A program made the translations under genes and the position numbers. Positions 56,342 to 64,000 of a DNA stretch of 64,000 nucleotides are shown one piece after another (positions within the stretch are counted from its first letter, which is position 1; every line of letters starts with the position of its first letter). Where the stretch lies: NCBI GenBank assembly GCA_025057615.1, contig JANXBF010000003.1:6828-70827 (forward strand), in the 5' to 3' direction. The DNA is from Candidatus Calescibacterium sp. Lineage in GTDB: Bacteria > DRYD01. A model generated the notes under the pieces. The model worked only from the letters and a program-made list of their open reading frames with translations. It ran no database searches and had not been told where the DNA came from.

Positions 56342-57747
56342 GTATATTAGAAGATAATTCGACAATAATAGCTATATCGAGTGGCCTAAAAAATGCTGCT
56401 ATAGGAATCATAAGAATTTCAGGAGATAATGCCATAAGATTATTAAGTCAAGTTTTTATACCCAACAATCCAAAGGTAAACATTATCAACTCCAAGGGAT
56501 ATAGGGTTTATTACGGTAAGCTTCAAAAAGGAGAAGAAATCATAGATGAAGTTATTGTAACGATTTTTAGAAAACCGATGAGCTATACGGGAGAAGAAGT
56601 GGTGGAAATAAGTTGCCATGGTAACTTAATATTGATGCAAAAGATAGTAGAAATGTTTATAAGTATGGGTTGCAGGTTAGCAAAACCAGGTGAGTTCACC
56701 CTAAGAGCAATATTAAATAAAAAAATAGATCTTCCTAAGGCCATTGCAGTAAGAGACATAATAGAATCATCAACTGAACAAATGCTAAGATTATCTCTAA
56801 AAAATCTAACAGGCTCATTTTCAAAAAGAATAAATCTAATAAAGGATAGACTAATATATTGGATACCATGGATAGAAGCTTTAATAGATTTCCCAGAGGA
56901 AGATATACCAGACATAAATTTAGAGGACTTGAAAACCGAAATACTGAGTATTATCCGAGAAATAGAGAATATTATTTCCAATTATGAAATAAGTAAGATG
57001 TATCGAGAGGGTATTGATACAGTCATCGTCGGAAAACCAAATGTTGGAAAATCTACACTTTTCAACTATCTCTATGGACAAGAAAGAGTAATAATAAGTG
57101 ATATACCAGGAACAACAAGAGATATAATAACAGAGTATATAAATTTCAATGGAGTTGTCCTCAAAATACACGATACGGCAGGATTTAGAAAAACAGCAGA
57201 TAAAATAGAAAAAATTGGAATAGAAAAAGCAAAAGAAGCTATGGAAAAAGCACAATTAGTATTCTTAGTCATAGAATATCAATCATTTGATGATAATGAT
57301 AAAGAAGTCATATATAGCATCAAAAATGACAAAAAATTAATGATCATCATCAATAAAATAGATAAAGAAAAAAATTTTGAAAAAATTAGAGAATTTGAAA
57401 AAGAAATATTAGAATTTGTTATAAAAATATTTCCCCAAAATAATTTTGAAATTTTATCATGCTCTGTAAAACAAAATATTAACTTAGATGAATTAAAAAA
57501 CAAACTACCCAAAATAATAGGACTCTTAAAAAGTGAGGAAATAATCCTAATAGACAATTTTCAATATGAAATCTTGAAAAAGATACTATTTTCTTTAAAT
57601 AAGTGTATACAGGACTTTAATCTACCTGTTGAAATTATAGCAATAAATCTCAGAGAAGCACTAAACAGTATAACAGAACTAACTGGAGAAAATATATCAG
57701 ATGTTGTAATAGATAACATGCTATCAAGATTCTGTATAGGTAAGTGA
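56338..57747 (+). CDS. mnmE: tRNA modification GTPase MnmE/TrmE
   Basis: IAAISSG...IGIIRISG, G1 GKPNVGKSTLFN, DIPGTTRD, DTAGFR, NKIDK and the C-terminal CIGK are present. Confidence 0.9.
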   Translation: MSILEDNSTIIAISSGLKNAAIGIIRISGDNAIRLLSQVFIPNNPKVNIINSKGYRVYYGKLQKGEEIIDEVIVTIFRKPMSYTGEEVVEISCHGNLILMQKIVEMFISMGCRLAKPGEFTLRAILNKKIDLPKAIAVRDIIESSTEQMLRLSLKNLTGSFSKRINLIKDRLIYWIPWIEALIDFPEEDIPDINLEDLKTEILSIIREIENIISNYEISKMYREGIDTVIVGKPNVGKSTLFNYLYGQERVIISDIPGTTRDIITEYINFNGVVLKIHDTAGFRKTADKIEKIGIEKAKEAMEKAQLVFLVIEYQSFDDNDKEVIYSIKNDKKLMIIINKIDKEKNFEKIREFEKEILEFVIKIFPQNNFEILSCSVKQNINLDELKNKLPKIIGLLKSEEIILIDNFQYEILKKILFSLNKCIQDFNLPVEIIAINLREALNSITELTGENISDVVIDNMLSRFCIGK

Positions 57748-57883
57748 AAAAATTTATCATTATTCTAAAAAAATTTTTGTAACCAAAATAAAAAGGTAAA
57801 ATAAAAAAAAAATATAATTATAAAAAAGAATAATTGAAATAAATACAAAATTGTAATGAGTTTAATACAAGGAGGTAATAGGA

Positions 57884-58636
57884 ATGCTAAAAATAAGAGA
57901 TCTAAAGGCAAAAGTCAAATCATTAGATAAACAGATCTTAAATGGAGTAGATTTTGAAGTAAAAAAAGGTGAAATACACTGTATAATGGGTAAAAATGGG
58001 AGTGGTAAATCCACTTTGGGTCACATAATAATGGGTAATCCAGATTATGAAATAACAGATGGACAAATTTATTTTGAAAATGAACTAATAAATGATCTAC
58101 CAACTAACGAAAGAGCTACAAAAGGAATATATTTGGCTTTTCAGAATCCGATAGAAATACCAGGTGTTACATTGGCAAACTTTTTCAGATATACAACCAA
58201 AAAATTCTACTCCGAAGATATACCATATCCAAAAATCAGAAAACAAATAGTAGAGTTACTTGGAAAGTTTGGTATACCTGAAGATACAATGAGAAGATAT
58301 TTAAACGAAGGTTTTTCAGGTGGAGAAAGAAAAAGAATAGAAGCAATGCAAGTATTAGTTTATAAACCTAAGTTAGCCATATTGGATGAAATAGATTCAG
58401 GATTAGATATAGACGGTTTGAAAAACGTTGTTAAATATATAAACGAATACGTTGAACAAAATCCAGATACTTCCATAATATTCATAACTCACTATTCCAG
58501 ATTATTGCAGTATCTATCCCCCAACATGGTTCACGTAATGATTAATGGCAAAATAGTTTTATCTGGGGATATGTCTTTAGCCAAAGAAATAGATGAGAAA
58601 GGTTATTCGTGGTTAGAAGACAGTATTAAAACTTAA
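57884..58636 (+). CDS. sufC: Fe-S cluster assembly ATPase SufC
   Basis: The sequence [10 protein letters not shown], Walker [24 protein letters not shown] and [12 protein letters not shown] are present. Confidence 0.95.
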   Translation: MLKIRDLKAKVKSLDKQILNGVDFEVKKGEIHCIMGKNGSGKSTLGHIIMGNPDYEITDGQIYFENELINDLPTNERATKGIYLAFQNPIEIPGVTLANFFRYTTKKFYSEDIPYPKIRKQIVELLGKFGIPEDTMRRYLNEGFSGGERKRIEAMQVLVYKPKLAILDEIDSGLDIDGLKNVVKYINEYVEQNPDTSIIFITHYSRLLQYLSPNMVHVMINGKIVLSGDMSLAKEIDEKGYSWLEDSIKT

Positions 58637-58653
58637 TAAAGGGGGGGGTAATC

Positions 58654-60075
58654 GTGATGGAAGACAGATCTGTTCTTGAACTCAGAGAAATGGCTGAAAA
58701 CTATAAATACGACTTCAAAGATCCATATCTATATAAAGAAGTTTTCGAAAAAGGATTAGATGAAGAAAAAGTCATAAAAATAAGTAAGATCAAAGGTGAA
58801 CCAGAGTGGATGACAGAATTCAGAGTTAATGCTTACAGAATATTTATCAGTAAGCCAATGCCAACATGGGGTAATACAGAAATACTCAATAAAATCAATT
58901 TCGATGATATACATTACTACGTAAGACCCGAAGAAGATCATAAAACCTCTTGGGATGAAGTTCCAGAATATATTAAGAAAACTTTTGATAGATTAGGTAT
59001 CCCTGAAGCAGAAAGAAAATTCTTAGCAGGAGTAACAGCACAATACGAATCCGAAGTTGTTTATCATTCCATAAGAGAAGATTTAGCAAAACAAGGTGTA
59101 ATTTTCACCGACATGGATACGGGATTAAAAGAGTATCCAGAGATTGTTAGGAAATATTTTGGAACAGTGGTTCCACCGGAGGATAATAAATTTGCTGCTC
59201 TTAACAGTGCTGTGTGGTCAGGGGGATCTTTCGTTTATGTTCCACCAAATGTTAAAGTATCTATCCCTTTACAAGCCTATTTTAGAATAAACGCTAAAAA
59301 TATGGGACAATTCGAAAGAACATTAATTATAGCAGAAGAAGGATCAGAGGTAACCTATATAGAGGGATGCACAGCACCAGTATACTCATCACACTCTTTA
59401 CATTCAGCAGTAGTTGAAATAATAGCTTTACCAAATTCAAAAGTCCAGTATATCACCATACAAAACTGGTCCAGAGATGTATATAACTTAGTTACAAAAA
59501 GGTCAGTAGCTTATGAAAATGCGAAAGTTGGATGGATTGATGCAAACATAGGAAGCTTACTAACAATGAAGTATCCCTCTATTTACCTTTTGGGTGAGGG
59601 AGCAAGAGGTGAAATAATATCAGTTGCATTCGCAAAGACTGGGCAACATCAGGACGCAGGCTCTAAAATAGTACTCGCAGCTCCAAATACATCAGCAACA
59701 GTGACATCAAAATCAATATCAGTTGGTAGTGGTAGAGCAAGCTACAGAGGACTTGTTAAAGTTTATAAAGAAGCAAAGAATTCTAAAGTAAATGTCCAAT
59801 GTGATGCTTTATTGCTTGATCCAGAAAGTAGAACAGATACATACCCAGTAATAGAAGTTCACCAACCAAATGCAGCAATAACACATGAAGCAACAGTAAG
59901 TAAGATAAGTGAACAACAGCTATACTATCTAATGTCAAGAGGTTTGTCACCAGAAGAAGCTAAAACACTAATAATTCATGGATTCATTGAAAACTTCGTT
60001 AAGGAATTACCAATGGAATATGCAGTAGAAATGAACAGATTAATAGCGCTAGAAATGGAAGGAAGCGTAGGATAA
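58654..60075 (+). CDS. sufB: Fe-S cluster assembly scaffold SufB
   Basis: The canonical blocks [39 protein letters not shown] and HGFIENF are present. GTG/ATG start at 58654/58657. Confidence 0.95.
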   Translation: MMEDRSVLELREMAENYKYDFKDPYLYKEVFEKGLDEEKVIKISKIKGEPEWMTEFRVNAYRIFISKPMPTWGNTEILNKINFDDIHYYVRPEEDHKTSWDEVPEYIKKTFDRLGIPEAERKFLAGVTAQYESEVVYHSIREDLAKQGVIFTDMDTGLKEYPEIVRKYFGTVVPPEDNKFAALNSAVWSGGSFVYVPPNVKVSIPLQAYFRINAKNMGQFERTLIIAEEGSEVTYIEGCTAPVYSSHSLHSAVVEIIALPNSKVQYITIQNWSRDVYNLVTKRSVAYENAKVGWIDANIGSLLTMKYPSIYLLGEGARGEIISVAFAKTGQHQDAGSKIVLAAPNTSATVTSKSISVGSGRASYRGLVKVYKEAKNSKVNVQCDALLLDPESRTDTYPVIEVHQPNAAITHEATVSKISEQQLYYLMSRGLSPEEAKTLIIHGFIENFVKELPMEYAVEMNRLIALEMEGSVG

Positions 60076-60090
60076 ATGAGGTGATACAAA

Positions 60091-61149
60091 ATGTTGGTAA
60101 GAGAATTATATGAAAAATTACCCGAACCTTTGAAAACAGAACATACATGGAGATACAGTGAGTACTCATTCTTCGTTAAAGATAAAGAACCAAAAACAAT
60201 TGTTCAAATCAATCAAAACACAAAATTCGAAAGCGATAAAATTGAAATTACAAAAGGAGATCTATTTGAACCACTAACCCTGAAGTATCCAGAAAAAATA
60301 ACACTACATAACTTAATACACCACAAAGAAAAGTTTTCATTGGATATATCAAAAAGTGGATTCTATTCCTTTGAACAAAAGCTATTGGGAGAATATAACA
60401 TACTAAGAACACAAATAAGAATAGCTAATAACATAGAAACAGATCTTATAATAAGTCTATCAGATGAATTAAAAAATTCAACAAATAATAATGTAATAGA
60501 AATAGAAGCTCAAGAAAATAGTAAAGTCAGAATATTTTTTGATAACCATTTTTTAAATTCTTACATCCATAACTTCATTTACTTAGATATGAAAGATAAC
60601 ACAGATGTAAGATTGTTGTTTTCAACATTCAATCCCAAATATGAAAAAACCCATGTAAAAGCCTTGATTAACGGGGTAAGCTCCAACTTTATTGTATTTA
60701 TATTAGCTAAATTAAGTAACAACGATCATGTTGATTACAGAACAGAAAATGTCCATTTGAAATCCAATTCCAAAAGCCTAAGCGTCTACAGATCAATAGT
60801 TAATGACCAAGCAAGAAGTATATACACCGGAATGTTAAGAATAGAAAAAGAAGCCAAGTATTGTAACGCTTACCAAAACAGTAGAAACATATTACTATCT
60901 GAAAAAGCAAGAGTTGAAACAATACCAGAATTAGAAATCCTCAATCAAGAGGTTGCTTGTACTCACGGTGCCGTAGTATCCTCACTAGATGAAGAATCAA
61001 TATACTACTTCATGTCAAGAGGAGTAAGCAGAGAAGAAGCAATAAAACTTTTAACCGACGGGTTTTTATTAGACAAATTGGAAGATAATTTTGGAGAAAA
61101 ATTGTATAGTATCATATACAGAAAAGTAACAGGAGAAGAACACATCTAG
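60091..61149 (+). CDS. sufD: Fe-S cluster assembly protein SufD
   Basis: The C-terminal beta-helix region carries IPELEILNQEVACTHGAVVSSLDEESIYYFMSRGVSREEA. It follows sufB. Confidence 0.85.
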   Translation: MLVRELYEKLPEPLKTEHTWRYSEYSFFVKDKEPKTIVQINQNTKFESDKIEITKGDLFEPLTLKYPEKITLHNLIHHKEKFSLDISKSGFYSFEQKLLGEYNILRTQIRIANNIETDLIISLSDELKNSTNNNVIEIEAQENSKVRIFFDNHFLNSYIHNFIYLDMKDNTDVRLLFSTFNPKYEKTHVKALINGVSSNFIVFILAKLSNNDHVDYRTENVHLKSNSKSLSVYRSIVNDQARSIYTGMLRIEKEAKYCNAYQNSRNILLSEKARVETIPELEILNQEVACTHGAVVSSLDEESIYYFMSRGVSREEAIKLLTDGFLLDKLEDNFGEKLYSIIYRKVTGEEHI

Positions 61150-61154
61150 AGGGA

Positions 61155-61487
61155 GTGAGCATAATGATAAATAACCAATGGATAGAAGCAGGAACTATTG
61201 AAAACTTTAAAGAAAATAATAAGAAAGTAATAAGAATTAACGATGAATTGGAAGTTATGGTTATAAAGATCAAAGATTCTTTTTTTGCAATAGAAAACAA
61301 ATGTAGCCACGATGAGAAACCTCTTTCAGATGGAAAAATAATAGATGGGGAAATTATAGAATGTAAATACCATGGTGCAAGATTTAACTTGCAAAACGGT
61401 AAAGCTTTAAAGATGCCCGCAGTAACCCCAATTAATATATTCAAAACTAAAATAGAAAATGGCAAAATATACATACAAATAGACTGA
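61155..61487 (+). CDS. Rieske [2Fe-2S] ferredoxin-like protein
   Basis: Contains the Rieske ligand boxes CSHDEKPL and CKYHGARF. The likely real start is the ATG at 61164, downstream of GAGGGAG. Confidence 0.8.
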   Translation: MSIMINNQWIEAGTIENFKENNKKVIRINDELEVMVIKIKDSFFAIENKCSHDEKPLSDGKIIDGEIIECKYHGARFNLQNGKALKMPAVTPINIFKTKIENGKIYIQID

Positions 61488-61510
61488 AATGTAAACCCAA
61501 CAAGATAAGC

Positions 61511-61969
61511 ATGTTTTTAATCATAACAAAAGCCCTCCTTCTATTTTTTTTGTATATTTTTCATTTGTATCCACTATGTAACCACGTTACTGTGGAAAAT
61601 GACTTTTTATTACATTCCAAAGAAAAAAGAATGGGTATATATTATCATGTTAATCTCAGTAATGAATTAGTTTTCACAATGGGTTACGAAAAAATGAAAT
61701 CAGGAGAAAATGTCATATCCGCTTTATCTTATCCATTTAAAAGTTACAAATTTTATACACTGTACGAAAAAAATTCGGTAGGATTTGCCATCGAAAAATT
61801 TGTTCACGATGAAAATTCAATATACATTGAAATAAATAACTTAAAGGAAAAAGAACTGAACATGTATTATTACCATAAAGTATCTGATAACATTATGCTA
61901 AAAATAGGAGCAGAAAAAATAAACAAAGATAAAATAGATCCAACAATAGGTTTTTTAATTAATTTTTGA
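61511..61969 (+). CDS. Hypothetical exported protein, possibly a small beta-rich outer-membrane or lipoprotein
   Basis: The N-terminus is hydrophobic with LYPLC, the body has alternating beta-like sequence, and the C-terminus is ...GFLINF. The call is weak. Confidence 0.4.
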   Translation: MFLIITKALLLFFLYIFHLYPLCNHVTVENDFLLHSKEKRMGIYYHVNLSNELVFTMGYEKMKSGENVISALSYPFKSYKFYTLYEKNSVGFAIEKFVHDENSIYIEINNLKEKELNMYYYHKVSDNIMLKIGAEKINKDKIDPTIGFLINF

Positions 61970-62721
61970 TGATATTTGAGAATAACATTTTATTTTTATT
62001 AATATTGTATGCTGTTTTGTCGGATTTGGCCACTGGATTAGGAGTTTTACCTTTTTTATTTGTAAAAAAAATTTCATCCAAGTTATTTGGTATATTGGCT
62101 GCTTTGTCAGGAGGTATGATGTTAGGTGCCTCCTTTGTAATAATTGTTGATGAAGGATTTAAAACCAGTGTTATTCTAACTTTAATTGGGTTAATATTAG
62201 GAGCTTGGTTCGTATATTATAGTTCAGAAAAGATTGGAAACAAAGACATAAAGTTTGAGAATATGTCCCAAAGAGATGCAAAGATTGCTTTTCTAACTTT
62301 TATTATTCTATTTGTCCATAGTTTCCCCGAGGGGGTAGCAATAGGAATGGCTTTCAATGGTTCAGAACCCGTAAAACTTGGAACAATAATGTCATTGGCA
62401 ATTGCAATACACAACATTCCTGAAGGTTTAATGATAGCACTCACAATGTATCCAAGAGGAGTTAATTTATTCAAATGCTTCATATACGCGGTTTTATCAA
62501 GCTTACCACAACCAATAGCAGCAATACCAGCTTTCTTTATAGGACACATAATATGGTGGACAATACCTTTAGGTTTTGGGTTCGCAGGGGGAGCAATGAT
62601 ATATCTGACAATAGCAGAAATATTACCAGAATCACTTGAAAAAACAGATAAAAATACAGTATCATTCAGTTTCATAACAGGAATAGTATTAATAACTTTT
62701 TTAACAAAAATATTTAGCTAA
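61966..62721 (+). CDS. zupT: ZIP-family divalent metal (zinc) transporter
   Basis: HSFPEGVAIG and IHNIPEGL are the ZIP signature helices IV and V. About 8 TM segments. Confidence 0.85.
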   Translation: MMIFENNILFLLILYAVLSDLATGLGVLPFLFVKKISSKLFGILAALSGGMMLGASFVIIVDEGFKTSVILTLIGLILGAWFVYYSSEKIGNKDIKFENMSQRDAKIAFLTFIILFVHSFPEGVAIGMAFNGSEPVKLGTIMSLAIAIHNIPEGLMIALTMYPRGVNLFKCFIYAVLSSLPQPIAAIPAFFIGHIIWWTIPLGFGFAGGAMIYLTIAEILPESLEKTDKNTVSFSFITGIVLITFLTKIFS

Positions 62722-62741
62722 TATAGATTGGCTGAAAAATA

Positions 62742-63560
62742 ATGTTTCAAGATATAAAGAACATAATTAAATATAATATATTGGATATATATGGAATAAT
62801 AAACTCTGACTTTATTATTTACTGTTTTATTATATCGCTGATCTTTCTATTGGTACCCCTATTAAATGTCTTTTCAATAGTATTCTTAGTATTTTTTATT
62901 ACTCTTTCATTAAGACAATTTTTAAAACAGATAGCAGTAGAAAAAAGTTATATCGAATTCTTCATAAACCCCGCTGAAAATTTTTCTTCATCCCCCAAAA
63001 TAGAAAATATTTTTAAAAATACAGACAAAAGTGAAATAAAATTAATTTTTATTAATTCACTTTTAAGCATTTTCATTACAAACATATGGATACCAATTAT
63101 ATTGATTCTGATATATTTTTTCTTTATAACTATTAAACTCTCTTTTTTTATGAAAGGTATATTCATTTTTGTTTTAGTCTTGTTAACTTTTTGTTGCGTA
63201 TTAATGCAAATCTTTTCATACTTTATTTTTCCGTTAGTTTTATTAAAAAGTATAGAAGTGGAAAACCATAAAGAATTTATAAAAAATGTTCTTCAAATTT
63301 GGGACGATTTTAAAGACGAGAACACCTTGATTTTTTTTAGAAGTCTATTTTTCGACATCTTTTGGAGAATAGTAATTTTACTTATAATTTTATCTCCTAT
63401 TTTGATTTTTATTTTCCTATTTTACAAGATTCTAATCACAAACATTATCTTTTCAGTGTTTATCGGATGGCTTATGATTTCATTGCTACTTGGACTCTTT
63501 ATAACATTACTTGTTATTGATTTGGTTAAAAATTACTACATATATTTTAATTTCGTATAA
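62742..63560 (+). CDS. Polytopic membrane protein, unknown family
   Basis: 272 aa with about 6 hydrophobic segments and no recognisable motif. Confidence 0.5.
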   Translation: MFQDIKNIIKYNILDIYGIINSDFIIYCFIISLIFLLVPLLNVFSIVFLVFFITLSLRQFLKQIAVEKSYIEFFINPAENFSSSPKIENIFKNTDKSEIKLIFINSLLSIFITNIWIPIILILIYFFFITIKLSFFMKGIFIFVLVLLTFCCVLMQIFSYFIFPLVLLKSIEVENHKEFIKNVLQIWDDFKDENTLIFFRSLFFDIFWRIVILLIILSPILIFIFLFYKILITNIIFSVFIGWLMISLLLGLFITLLVIDLVKNYYIYFNFV

Positions 63561-63581
63561 ATTAATGAAAGGGGGACAAAC

Positions 63582-64000
63582 ATGATAGGATTAGTACTTT
63601 TGGCAGCAGGAAACTCAGAAAGATTCATACAATCCATCAATGAATTTATAAATCAAGAACTCATAAATAAAGACTCTGAATCATTAAGCATTGATAAAAC
63701 AAATCAAATAAATGAGCTCGTAGATCTCATAAATAGAGGAACCCAAATTAACAAAGTTTTCCTCAAAATAGGGAACCTTATGGTATGGGAATACTCAATA
63801 AATGTATTCAGCAAATTTAATAAACAGATAAGTAACATAATTTTCGTTCTAAACCGATCAACATTTGAAATACATAAAGAAATCATAAGTGAAAAAATTC
63901 AAAAATATAACTTCAATAACGTAGAATTCGCTGAGGGAGGAAATAAAAGGCAAGATAGCGTATTCAATGGAATAAAACTATTAGAAAATAAATACATAGA
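63582..64000 (+). CDS. ispD: 2-C-methyl-D-erythritol 4-phosphate cytidylyltransferase (N-terminal part; runs off the window), with an insertion after the P-loop
   Basis: The ATG at 63582 follows GGGGGA. LLAAGNSERF corresponds to the AAGxGxR motif, and EGGNKRQDSVFNGIKLL corresponds to GGxxRxxSVxxGL. Confidence 0.7.
   Translation, partial: MIGLVLLAAGNSERFIQSINEFINQELINKDSESLSIDKTNQINELVDLINRGTQINKVFLKIGNLMVWEYSINVFSKFNKQISNIIFVLNRSTFEIHKEIISEKIQKYNFNNVEFAEGGNKRQDSVFNGIKLLENKYI

Noticed and set aside
57748-57883. The 136-bp AT-rich leader upstream of sufC as a riboswitch or regulatory RNA
   Set aside because: No conserved G+C-containing helices or recognisable riboswitch core are present. The sequence is almost pure A/T and looks like an ordinary promoter region.
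1-64000. Search for CRISPR arrays, rRNA, transposases, integrases, reverse transcriptases, and toxin-antitoxin or restriction-modification modules
   Set aside because: None was found. The only repeats are two-copy tandem duplications of 14-21 nt and the dispersed promoter box. No ORF shows integrase, transposase, Cas or RT motifs.

Overview
This is a very AT-rich (by eye roughly 30% G+C), densely coding bacterial chromosomal segment with about 60 protein genes and one tRNA-Gly(GCC). I found no rRNA, CRISPR array, integrase, transposase or prophage signature. The gene content points to a flagellated diderm: fliM-fliN-fliO-fliP at the left edge, a GT9 heptosyltransferase, gmd, and an O-antigen-ligase-like protein. 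Housekeeping genes are plentiful: rsmH, trxB, mutM, ftsE, comEC, deoB, hslU, kamA, tgt, tsaB, ispF, map, gatB, dprA, murA, mreB, mnmE, sufCBD and ispD. Many of them are detached from their usual operon partners, which recalls deep-branching thermophiles, but the taxon cannot be assigned from this window. The strongest non-obvious signal is a conserved direct-repeat box, TT(A/T)ACA-T5-TTTACA in gene orientation. It includes three identical copies of the 14-mer TGTAAAAAAAATGT. The box sits 60-75 nt upstream of five otherwise unrelated transcription units: (1) an EEP nuclease/phosphatase, thermolysin-like metallopeptidase and aldolase operon; (2) a subtilisin; (3) a 602-aa glycine-zipper membrane protein with a 64-aa repeat-bearing partner; (4) a 206-aa low-complexity protein; (5) a 232-aa orphan. 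All the hydrolases in this set lack signal peptides. I propose these units form an undescribed co-regulated module, possibly for scavenging, export or the envelope, controlled by a response-regulator-type box. Function is inferred, not demonstrated. Other oddities are a FliM without the CheY-docking N-terminus, an orphan truncated AtpC-like gene fused to the murA operon, an ftsE/GAF-HD-GYP/VWA/mutM operon, tandemly duplicated leader elements, and an IspD with an insertion.
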